Below, one piece after another: positions 25,196 to 36,075 of a stretch of 64,000 nucleotides of DNA. Numbering within the stretch: the stretch's first letter is position 1; each line of letters starts with the position of its first letter. Below the pieces are notes generated by a model. It saw only the letters and a program-made list of their open reading frames with translations. It made no database searches and had not been told where the DNA came from. The position numbers and the translations under genes are program-made. Origin of the DNA: Mobula hypostoma (taxonomy: Eukaryota); assembly GCF_963921235.1 (NCBI RefSeq), contig NC_086101.1:46934001-46998000 (forward strand). The letters are read 5' to 3'.

Positions 25196-25784
25196 TGTCG
25201 TGGTTTCTCGTTTCTCACAAACGACAAGGAGGTGCAGAAAATCCGTCAAGATGTTTTAAACTTTAATTTGCAAATCAAAGCTGAGGCAATCAGAAAGCTA
25301 GTAGCTGACTGCCCATCGAGGCTTGTATACAGCATTTTTTATAGCAATTTCCTATCTTAGCTACATTATCATATCCAGTCGGCCTGTGATTACGTATCAT
25401 CAATATATCCGCTCTCGACTTTCCACTATTGTTTTACTCCCCAACTTAATTATGTCCTAGTTTACATTTTAGACCAGGTGTCCTCTCATCCCTAACCACA
25501 GTTATTTCTTAATTAGTCATGCGTTGACATACCGCCCCATATTTCATCACCTTACTCGCCACCGTTACCTTTCTACTTGGTTTCATTCTAGTTCTCTTCA
25601 TGAATTAATAGTGATTAGGTCAAAAGTCATGGCTACATAGTGAATACCCTCTATTCAGCTAGCAGTGGTTACATAGTAAATATAGAAAATACAATGTGTG
25701 CATTTGAGTAAATACTGAAATACTGTTGAGTAAATACTGTAATACATAGAAAATATAATGTATGCGTTTACATTTTCCAATATA
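25196..25784 (-). repeat. ERV 3' LTR (589 bp)
   Basis: About 18 substitutions and no indels versus the 5' LTR (manual count); TATAAA 25343-25338, ATTAAA 25267-25262; preceded by purine tract AAAGGGAGA (25794-25786). Confidence 0.95.
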
Positions 25785-26080
25785 ATCTCCCTTTGAGACC
25801 CACAGGGTCTCATACAGAGAGAGAGAGAGAGAGGACTGACAGTCTATGCACAAAAGCTCAAATAAAGCCACGCATTTACTCCCAAATTTGGGTTAAACTA
25901 TAGTTTCCTGCGCTTAAGACTCAAAGTGTTCTCTCCCTACCTCCCTAGGCCGCTGAGCCAAAAACCCGTCCCTTCGTATCTGAGACAGGGAAAAAGACTC
26001 AGGAGCCTTCACAGCCTAATCCCCACATATTTCATCTCTCTCCTGTTCGTCTTGCGTGTCTCGTAAACTGTACGAATACA

Positions 26081-27650
26081 TCATCGGTCCTCCTTCTCCA
26101 TAGGGCTCGACCCAACAATTTCCAGGAGTGTCGGAAACCGTTTCATTGCAGCACGCACTACAAGCGACTTGAGGCATGGAAGAAAACAGCACAGAATGAC
26201 CGCACAGCTTAGCAATACAATACCAATGGTTACTGCAATCTTGGTCAGCCATGCTCCCCATCCTCCTAGTTTACTGTTTAACCAGTCAAAGAACTGGTGT
26301 CCGAACCCTGCATTTTGTTTAACTTCTTTTCTTAGATTTTTCAGTTTATTCATTGCTCTGGTAAACGATCCCTCCGGACTAGTGTTATTCGGTATAAAAG
26401 TACAGCACTGTTCCCCAAACATTACACAAACTCCTCCTTTTCCTGCCAATAGCCAGTCTAGTACCTGTCTATTTTGCCACGCCACTCTACTGGTTGCACC
26501 TAGCTGCTGTCCCAAGGCCTCTAGTGCATCATCAGTGTAGTTAATGAATCTCTGTTGATTATAATATATATAATTTATCCATTCAACATTTTTGCTAACC
26601 CCTATTATAGGTATAAGTGCTTCCCAGCCCGCAGCAATCTCATTTCTTGCCTTAAACTCGTTAGGTATACCCCTCGGCTGTCCTATACTGTCGATCCGAA
26701 TTGTCAGGTCAGGCTCATATTTTCTCTTCCTCTGTTTTAGTGTCTGTTGCCTCGAGGTGTCAAACTGTATTTCAGGGGATACTACAACTTCTTGAATCAG
26801 CATACACGCGTACATGTACCCGCCCTATTAAGGGGAAGCGTGGATCTCAGACCCCCCTCCTGTCCACACAGCCACCAGGTATCTGCTAACGGGATGGTCT
26901 GGGAGTTCAGTGCATCCTCGGGCAGAGGGGTACCTGTCTGGTATCTTCGGCCTGGGGTTACATCCCAAATTTTAACACAGTTGCTGCTGAAATGCCCAAC
27001 CGAGAGGTCACCCGTCCGTGTGAAACATTCATAACTCAAATGTTCCTGCATTTTAAGCTTTCCCAAAGTGGATGTCTGGCTTCTTTTATTTATAGCCCAC
27101 GGTCTGCTATAATTACAGTTAGAGGCAAGCTTGTTTTGATCAAACTGCGAGGAAGCCTGGTATAACATACACCAATAAGGGCACATTGGTGTGTTATCAA
27201 TACATTTCTGATAACAAGGATCCATCCTGCTACAAATTCCCATACTGCAGGTCTTGACTACACTTGGACACTGCCGCGCACACTGCCCCCTCCGCTCCTT
27301 TTGCCATTGCGTGCAGGTGGAGGGGTTATAAGGCATGGGGGCTACGTATTGCACTGGACTTGCCCTTGAGCATAGATAACAATTCTGTCTCTTCATCATC
27401 CCTGCTGTATAATTTGCCCATTGGTACCACATGTTCTGGTACCATGGTACGAAGGTAACCATTGTGCTCTTCTTACTCCTTTCTCTCAGGTTTTGTGGGA
27501 TCCTAACAGTCCCATGCCATGCCACATCTGCCAAATTAATGGTCTCCAAATCTGCACAAGAGTATCTAAGTGTATTATCTCGTGGGGCAGGACTGGTCGC
27601 CCTCAAGTCATCACCATTATCTGAAAGAGTACTACCATCCATAACCCCAT
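26081..27650 (-). pseudogene. env: ERV env, gamma-type (SU CxxC, furin-like site, ISD, CX6CC, TM helix), frameshifted
   Basis: CYLC in SU; apparent 1-nt deletion near 26803; KQRKRK; WQNRQVLDWLLAGKGGVCVMFGEQCC; hydrophobic anchor IAVTIGIVLLSCAVILCC; the 5' start is uncertain. Confidence 0.9.
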
Positions 27651-27769
27651 CCTTAGGGTCTTCTGGCCTGTCCTCAGGACCAAAAATTTCCCTTATTACT
27701 TGGTCAAGTTCCTGCAGTTCAGTGTCAGCTTCTTGTTGCTCTTGTCTGTCCCTTACTGTTTGTTCCTCT

Positions 27770-30700
27770 TCACCACTTACCTCGGGTGGCCCACCTGACT
27801 ACCTGGGGGATTGCTCTAGTGCAGTGATTGAGATGATACCAGGTGGAGCGTCCTTCCACTTGAACTGCGGTGGGTGATGCTTTGGTTACTGTAAAGGGCC
27901 CTTCCCTTCTGGGTTTGTTCCACTTTCTTCGAAACACTGGCACGTAGACCTGATCGCCTGGCTGGATTGGTCCTTCCCCTTGATCGATCTCTGGTTCTTT
28001 CTGTTTTTCCTGTGCATAAATAGACTTATGTATCATAGTTAATTGCCGAATGTATTGTTTTAATTCCAATTCCAATTGTTCCAAACTAGGCCCTTTATAT
28101 GGTCCTCTCCACTGGGTCACTGGCATGGGCCTTCCGGTTAGCATTTCATGCGGTGTTAGATACGTCATCCGATTAGTCTGCATGCGGTAACTCATTAATG
28201 CTAATGGTAGTGCATCGACCCAGTTGAGTTTAGGATCTGCACAGATTTTGTTTAGTTTGGCTTTTAAGGTCCCGTTAATTCTTTCCACTATACCCTGCGA
28301 CTGAGGGTGATACACACATCCAAATCTCTGCTTTATTCTCAGTGCTTGCAGTATTAACTTGACCACTTTTTGGATGAAAGCTGAACCATTGTCTGAGCTA
28401 ATTTCTGTTGGTATCCCAAACCTTGGGATCACTTCGTTTGTCAGGAATTTCACCTCTGTTCCTGCCCCTTGATCTTTCGAGGGTACTGCCTCTACCCATC
28501 TGCTGAATCTGTTGATTACCACCAATATGTATCTTTTCCCTCTTACTGTTTTTATCATGTCTACATAGTCAATCACTAGGTGTTTAAATGGCCCTTCAGG
28601 TACGGGTATATGACCTATTGGGGTTGTAATTCCTTTCCGAACATTATTCTGCGCGCATACCTCGCACTGTGACAACACATGGTCTACTGAAGCCTGTAAA
28701 TAAGGCGACCAAAATCCATCCTTTTTTATTTTCCTTATTACTTCCCCCCTTGCACAATGATCCACCCCATGTGCTTCCGAGATCAGGATAGTCAGTAAAG
28801 GGGTGGGAGCTACCAGTAGGCCATCTTCCGTGGTCCATAGGCCTTCTGGGTTCTGCTTGGCCCCCCTTCGTCTCCACAGTGTTTGTTCTGCCAAAGTTGC
28901 CTTTCCCTGTATTTCAATTAGGTCCTCTACCATAGGTCCCGGCTCTAGACTTACCTGGGGTGCAATAACAGCGGATGTACACCCAGACGCTTTCCTGGCT
29001 GCTTCATCTGCAGCTTGATTTCCCTTTGTTACTGCATCGTTTCCTTTTTTATGTGCCTGGCATTTTACTATAGCCAGTGCTTTAGGTTTCATCAGCGCTT
29101 TTATTAGATCTAAAATCTGCTGACAGTGCTGTATGGGATCTCCATTGCTCTTTTTAAAACCTCTCTGTTTCCACACTGCCCCAAACAAATGACACACTCC
29201 ATGAGCATATGCTGAATCTGTATAGATATCAACTTTCTCTCCTTCCATCATTTCACACGCTGCCGTCAAAGCTCTGATTTCCGCTAGCTGGACGGAGCAC
29301 GGTTGGGGACATGCCTCTATTCTGATGACCTTGAAGTCTGCCTGATCCTGTTGCAGTACTGAGAACCCTGCGTGATTACCATCGTGATCTCTGTAACAAG
29401 AGCCATCTACAAACAGGACCTTTTTATCTTCGTCCTCTAATGGTGCTGATCGTAAATCTGCTCTCAATTTAGTGAATGTCATTGTTTTCCTTACACAAAC
29501 ATGGGGTTCTCCTTCATACCCTAAAGGGACATAATCACTTATGTTACTGGTGGTGCACCTCTGTATAGTTATATCTGGAAATGTCAGTAGCATCTGATAT
29601 GCTGCTATCCTGGCTGGTGTCAACACGAATTTCCCTCTTTCCAGTAATTCTGCTACCTTGTGGTGTGTGTACAGAATCACAGGATAGCCCATGGTTACGG
29701 ATGATGCCTTTTCATATGCATAGTATAGTGCCGCCAATCCCTGGTAACAAGGTGGGTACCTCTGAGCCACCTCATCCAGTTTCGCACTGTAGTATGCTAT
29801 TGGTTGCTTTGCTTTACCTGTGCCAGTCTCCTGCGTTAGAACTGCAGCGGCATAGCCTTCCTGTCGGTTGGATACGTACAGATGAAAGGCCTTCTCGTAG
29901 TCAGGCAAAGCTAATGCTGGGGCTGACTGCAATTCCTGCTTTATAGTATTGAAGGCTACTTCCGCCTCCTCATTCCACTGTAGATTACTCCTCAAGCTTG
30001 TATGTCCTGCTTCCTTCATTATTTTCCTTAGTGGCGTTACAATTTCAGCATATTCCCCAATCCAATCTGAACTATATCCTGTCAGTCCCAGAAATGTCGT
30101 CATCGGCCCCACTGTCTGGGGCTTGGGAGCTTTAGTTATAGCTTCAATTTGATCCGGCGCTATCGCCTTCGCTCCCTTGGATATCACTCTACCTAGGTAT
30201 TCTACCTGTTGCTTGCAAAATTGCAGCTTCTTTCTAGACACCTTATGCCCTCCATGCGCCAGTCTCTCTAAAAGGGTTATGGTATCCTGTTCACACTGTC
30301 CCTCACTTTCGGAGCAAATCAACAAATCATACACATACTGTATCAATGTACTTTCCAACGATATGCCCTCTAGGTCCGCCTTTAACTCTTGATTAAATAC
30401 GTGTGGTGAATATTTAAATCCTTGAGGCATTCTAGTGTAGGTATACTGGTTGTCTCTGTATGTAAATGCAAATAGGTACTGACACTGATCTGCCAGGTGA
30501 ACACTGAAAAAAGCCGAACACAAATCAATCACTGAAAAATAGTCTGCCTCTGGTGGAACATTAGTCAAGAGCGTGTGTGGGTTGGGAACTACCGCTGGCC
30601 AGTCCTCCACTACCTCATTCACCGCTCGCAGGTCATGCACCAGTCTCCATTTAGACTTATCCCCTTTAAGGACAGGTAACAGTGGGGTATTACATGGGCT

Positions 30701-31135
30701 GTCTGTCCTTTTGAGTACTTCTGCCTCCAGTAGCCCTTGTATCGTTGGCGCTATTCCCTCTTCTGCCTCTAGTTTCAAAGGATATTGTGGTCTCCTGGGT
30801 GGAACTGCTCCCTTTTTCAGCTTTATTTCTACTGGACTGGCTATTCTTATTTTCCCTACATCCGTGTCATGTTGTGACCACAGAATAGATGGTAACCTAT
30901 CCAGCTTGTTATCTCTCTGCTGGCCTTCCTCCTTTCCCAATAACGTCAGGTGTGGCTGGGGAGTTACTTCGACCTCCTTTGCTGCTCCTACTATATCTAT
31001 ATCCACCTCTATTTTAAAGTAGTCGTTGTCTCCCGATACCCACACCTGTGGCATAATTTTCCTCCACACCGCTACGGTTCCAGCGTGCTTTACTAAGGGT
31101 CCTAGGTCTTTAGACTGATGTCCCTCATTTACTAG
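27770..31135 (-). pseudogene. pol: ERV pol: RT, tether, RNase H, integrase with GPF motif; RT catalytic motif mutated
   Basis: WRLVHDLR, DLCSAFF, MPQGF, YVYD (YVDD expected) at 30337-30326; RNase H FVDGS/TDSAY; IN HHCC and D-D-E (IDYV, SDNG, IVER). Confidence 0.95.
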
Positions 31136-31842
31136 GCTTCCAGTCTCCTGTACCATTTCTCCAAGAAGGTATTCCACCTGACTTGCAGGGCTGCCCCTTG
31201 TCTCCCAATTATTATAGCTTCTCCTCTTAGGTGCTGCCGGTTGCCTGCCTCCTTGTGCCATCTCTCCTTTAGCTCTTTGTTCTGAGTTTCGTCAAAAATC
31301 ACTGTGCAATGTAATTCGGATTTGGGTGCTACAGCCTGGGGCAATATCGCCTGCACGCCCTTTTTCCATTTTTCCCAGGTTTCCCAGATCTGATCTTCTA
31401 CGTCTCCTATCCAGAAGACATTAGCTTTCTTGACTTCCCGCACTAGTAATTGAGCATTTACTCTTTCCACACTCAACCCACTTCTGGTACATTCTGATTT
31501 TAATTCTAGTTGTAATAGGGCATCTCTGCCTAGCAAATTCACCGGAGTTCCTTTGGACACTAATATCGGCAAAACTATTCCTTTGCTGCCCATCCTTAAT
31601 CTCACTGGAGCTATACATTGTGTCAACTGTGTTTTTCCCGAGAACCCTACAGTCTTAATAAATTTTCCTGACATGGGAAGGTGAAGGGCATACTGCGGCT
31701 GTACGCAAGTATACGTGGCTCCAGTATCTATCAACATTGGTGTCAGCTGCCCTTCTAACACAACCTGAACAATGGGTTCCTCCTCTGCCTCCCTTGTTAT
31801 CACTGGGTAGTGTCCCTTCCCACCTGGGTTCTCTGGGCACCC
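31132..31842 (-). pseudogene. pro: ERV protease plus N-half of a 2H-phosphoesterase-like domain, in frame with gag after TAG
   Basis: LIDTGATYT active site (31728-31717), NLLGRD motif; then LHCT (HCT at 31311-31303); frameshift near 31135. Confidence 0.9.
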
Positions 31843-34026
31843 CTAATGTCTTGCATAGGGGTTCACGGGTCCATTCGGCCCTGCGGGGTCTGGTCCTTGG
31901 CTAGACTGTGGTTCCCCTCTCATTGGTTCCCGCTGGTATGTGACGGCCCATGGCCTAAGTGGGCAGTCCCTTCTTATGTGTCCTGGCTGGTTACATCCCC
32001 AGCACAGTCTCTGTATCTCTCTTCCCCCCTGTTTCCTTACTGGTCCTTCCTGCCCATAACCTCTCTGCCCCCCTCCTTGGGATTTCCAGTCCTGTCTGGG
32101 CTGCTGTTTAAATTTATCCTGTCCCTGATAGGGCATTTGTGGAAAAGCACCCCCAAAGACGTTTATTATTGGCATGGGGTTTTCTGGGCTCTGTCTTACG
32201 GCACGACTGGTCCCTCCATATAATGACATTTCATTCATTTCAACGGCTGCGCTTAAATCAGTCATTGCTGGCAGCATCTTCTTGCCTTTTTCTTTTTCCT
32301 TTTTAAGTTCTTCAAGCTGCATTTGTATCAGCTTTCTTTGCACTTCTTCTTGCTGCTCAGTCAACTTTCGTTTGTCTTTTCGATATTTTTCGACCGCATA
32401 GACTACGTGGTCCCTGAATTCCTGTGGGGTCATTGACATCAATCCAACCACTTCCTCAAGTTTAGGCTTAACTTGGGAAGGCATCGCATCCAAAACAGCA
32501 TTTCGGAACATCCAGGTCATAAACGGGTTGCCTTCCACCTCTTGTTCAGTTTCCAGTCTCCACCTTTTCAACTGATTTTCTATATAGGCTGCTGGATTTT
32601 CAGTGTCTCCCAGTGGATCCCCTTTCATGGCTTTGGGGTCCATTTTGGGTGGATAGAGCTCCCTGAGGGCCCCCCATACCCTCTGCCTCACTGTGTCAAA
32701 TCTGGCCCCGTCAATCAGTGTGCTGTCCGCATTCTGTATGCCAGCCACTTCCATCAACTCTTGTAGTTTGGAGGTTCCCATCAGCCTTATCAGCAGCGCC
32801 TTTAAATCTCCCATAGCCCACATTCGTCCCGTGGTTTCTTCCTCAAAGGCCCTAATCCACTTTCCTGCACCCTCATGTAGGCTGGGCAGGGTGTTTTTCA
32901 GCCCTTCCAGGTCCTGGGATCCCCAAGGAATATACTGTACTTGTCCCAATCCTTTTACTAACACCGGCATCATTCTCCCTTTCCTTTCCCACGTCTCCTG
33001 ACTCTCCTCCTCGCCTGACTCCCCATCTGTTTCTGAGCACGTTTTCACTGGCTGCCACATGATTCTTTCCGGGGTTTCCTTTCTCCCTTGGCCTCCTCGT
33101 GGAGTTCTTTCTTTCTGCCTTGAGCTAGCATTTGCTTTGGCCCATGCGAAATCCTCAAACTCTCATTGGAAATTCAGTCTCCGCTGTAATTCCCTAATCT
33201 CTCCCTCTGTTTCTAATATCTGCCTTTTCACTCTCTCTCTTTCCCCTTCAAGGCTCCTGTCTCCTATCTTCTGCCTACATTCTCTCATACCCTCTCCTTC
33301 GCTACTTAACTCTTGCTCTCCGGACAAGTCTCCTTCTGCTCTGGCCTGTTCAGTTCCGTGCCCATATAACAAAGATTTCTCTTCATCCCTTTTTGCTTTT
33401 AATTCCTGTAACCCTTTGATCTCTTCTACTATTTCCCTTCTCTCCTGTTCTATCTTTGCCCTGTCTTCTTCTATTACCTTCCGTAGTTCCTCCTGCTCCT
33501 TTTCGTGATTCTTTCTTTCCTCCTCAGTATCCCAGACTTTAATTTCTCCATTTAGATCCACTCTTCCTGTTATCATCGGACACTGCTTAAGGGTTTCTTT
33601 CTCATAATAGGGAGGAGGTTTTTTTACGTCTTTCAGGTCTGGGTATAGAGCCGAAGCCGGCTCCCTGGTATGCTTCTCCTTCTCTTTATCAGACTGCTCG
33701 TTTCGTTTCTCAGTGTCTTTTTTACTTACTATTAATATACCTCCCGTCTTTCTTAACCTTTCTCCCTCCATCCTAAAGAGTTTTAACACTTCCATTTTTT
33801 GTTCCCTTTTTCCTTCTCTTTTCTTAGATTTATCTTTGGGTTTGTGATTTTTAATTAGCGCTTCCATTTCCTCACATAAGCTTACATCAAATGTTCCTTC
33901 TCTTGGCCATTTCGTGACCAGTTCTTTAGTTTTTTTTTCCCATTTTTCTGAAATTTCCGCGATCTTACCTTGACACACCGGGAATTTTCTGCTCAACATT
34001 TCTACTGCTGTTCCTTTCTCTGTCAT
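31843..34026 (-). pseudogene. gag: ERV gag (~727 codons, one premature in-frame TGA at 33165-33163)
   Basis: ORFs 33163..34026 and 31843..33060 are in the same frame, joined across a single TGA; LYPDL and PPPY late motifs, CA-like region, one CCHC knuckle CWGCNQPGHIRRDC. Confidence 0.92.
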
Positions 34027-34576
34027 GTTGTTCTCTTTTTCCCTTTTTCTATTATGGTATTTTTAGAATCTCATGACTTGCCTATTTAATAATATTATTT
34101 TTCTAACTCTATTTCTATGCCTAGCCTTATGGTTTATCTCACCAGCGTCTAAATTATCTATTAAACTATCTTTATCTCTTATTACGTTCTGCCCGTGCAG
34201 ACCCCTACTTAGGACAGTTTCCACAGAACCTTTTCCTTTTACACCTCGCCTCCTTTCACCCCTTATACTTCTTAAGGCGGTATTCACGAGGATTTTTAAT
34301 TCTTCTTCCCTGCCTGTTCAGCCCTCCGTTTCATGCGAAGAGGTATCCACAGGGACTTACCAACACCACGAGGAATTTTCTTACTTAATTTATTATTACT
34401 TTATTCGAACTTACCCCCACTGCCGTGCTCTTGATTAATCCTCTGAGCCTCCTTTTATCCCCAATTCTGCCAGATTCTTTGGATCGGAGAGACCCTTCGG
34501 CAGTTGCTTCACACTTCTGAGTCCCCGAGACCTCCCAGAACCAACAGAATTCTTATTCCGAATTATCACAAAAAGC

Positions 34577-34586
34577 GCTCACCTTT
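34577..34586 (-). promoter_or_regulatory. ERV major splice donor (candidate)
   Basis: AAAG|GTGAGC about 95 nt downstream of the PBS in the leader. Confidence 0.6.
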
Positions 34587-34676
34587 TTACTTTGGGTGCA
34601 CCCTTAATTCTGTTAGCCCCGTGAGGGTCCCCGAGGGTCCCAATCTGCCGTTCCCTTCCTCGCGGGTCTCTATCTG

Positions 34677-34694
34677 ATCCTGTTCGTGACGCCA
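34677..34694 (-). promoter_or_regulatory. Primer-binding site complementary to tRNA-Ser(CGA)
   Basis: TGGCGTCACGAACAGGAT, 4 nt inside the 5' LTR; its complement ATCCTGTTCGTGACG-CCA is the 3' end of a vertebrate tRNA-Ser(CGA) as I recall it. Confidence 0.8.
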
Positions 34695-34698
34695 ATTT

Positions 34699-35287
34699 TG
34701 TCATGGTTTCTCGTTTCTCACAAACGACAAGGAGGTGCAGAAAATCCTTCAAGAAGTTTTAAACTTTAATTTGCAAATCAAAGCTGAGACAATCAGAAAG
34801 GTAGTTGCTGACTGCCCATCGAGGCTTGTATACAGCATTTTTTATAGCAATTTCCTATCTTAGCTACATTATCATATCCAGTTGGCCTGTGATTACATAT
34901 CATCAATATATCCGCTCTCGACTTTCCACTATTGTTTTACTCCCCAACTTAATTATGTCCTAGTTTACATTTTAGACCAGGTGTCCTCTCATCCCTAACC
35001 ACAGTTATTTCTTAATTAGTCTTGTGTTGACATACTGCCACATATTTCATCACCTTACTCGCCACCGTTATCTTTCTACTTGGTTTCATTCTAGTTCTCT
35101 TCATGAATTAATAGTGATTAGGTCAAAAGTCATGGCTACATAGTGAATACCCTCTATTCAGCTAGCAGTGGTTACATAGTAAATATAAAAGATGCAATAT
35201 GTGCATTTGAGTAAATACTGAAATACTGTTGAGTAAATACTGTAATACATAGAAAATATAATGTATGCATTTACATTTTCCAATATA
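34699..35287 (-). repeat. ERV 5' LTR (589 bp)
   Basis: Direct repeat of 25196-25784; minus-strand TATAAA at 34846-34841 and ATTAAA at 34770-34765; U5 ends in CA next to the PBS. The U3 end is uncertain by ~3 nt. Confidence 0.95.
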
Positions 35288-36075
35288 ATCAAAGAACAGA
35301 TTACATTCACCAGCTATGTAAATGCTGCTGCAACAAGGGCAGGCAAGCTGAGAAATTGGTGCAAATTTTTAATCTTCTAACTCCACAATGGCCATCTGGC
35401 AAACACAAAGGTCATCAGGAGTGTGTTAGAAAATATGTCTGAGAATGTGCCACCAGTAACAGTGGTCAACATGGACTTGTTGGGCCAAAGGGTTGTACTC
35501 CAAAAGACTTCCTTTACGGCAACTAGGAAAGGGCAAAAATGTTGATCTTTAAAGCTACATCTTTTGAGTTAAGAGGATGGATACTCCCCTGGGCTGGTCT
35601 AAAATGTTTGGTAATAACTGAAGTCAATTTATTGGTTTTGATTTTTGTGTTGTTCTCCTCCTTGACAATATACCACTTCCTTTAAAACTTTGCTATTTGC
35701 GTGTACTTTCTTTTCTGAGTCATCAAGGGGTGATTAGTTTGACTGAATTTAACTTTTGAGGAAGATGTTGTGTTTTGTAACTTCAAAAACTAATTGAAAG
35801 AAAAACATAGATGTCAGGAAACAGGTCTACTTAGTTCATTTTTTAAGGGAAGCATGCGCATATGATGTTGCATAATAATGTATGCCATTCACGTGCTTTT
35901 ACATATAATCTAATGAATTATATAAACAAAGAATGCTTAACCAAACAAATGTATTTACAATATTACTCTAATATTACTAAAATACTCAATACACTATAGA
36001 AGAGAGGGCTCAAAATTCTTTGTTTTGTATTTAGAATCCAGCGCCTTCATCCTGTAAGTTATCCAGAGGAAAACC

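Larger units (their letters stand above)
25196..35287 (-). mobile_element. Near full-length endogenous retrovirus (class I, resembling fish ZFERV/SSSV-type ERVs), antisense in PIBF1 intron 1
   Basis: Paired LTRs, PBS, splice donor, gag, pro, pol (RT-RH-IN), env, PPT in retroviral order. Confidence 0.97.

Noticed and set aside
25805-25835. (AG)n tract as the ERV polypurine tract
   Set aside because: It is purine-rich on the wrong strand for the minus-strand element; AAAGGGAGA at 25794-25786 is the better PPT.
26081-26815. Open 244-aa Env TM ORF as a domesticated syncytin-like gene
   Set aside because: Frameshifted from SU, no intact signal peptide, and it sits in a provirus with neutral-looking decay.
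27770-31261. 1163-aa ORF as an intact functional Pol
   Set aside because: The first ~40 aa are out-of-frame sequence before the frameshift, and the RT motif reads YVYD.
34063-34438. Leader ORFs as retroviral accessory genes (e.g. epsilonretrovirus orf C)
   Set aside because: Short, no recognisable motif, no confident start; cannot be supported without paralogue conservation.
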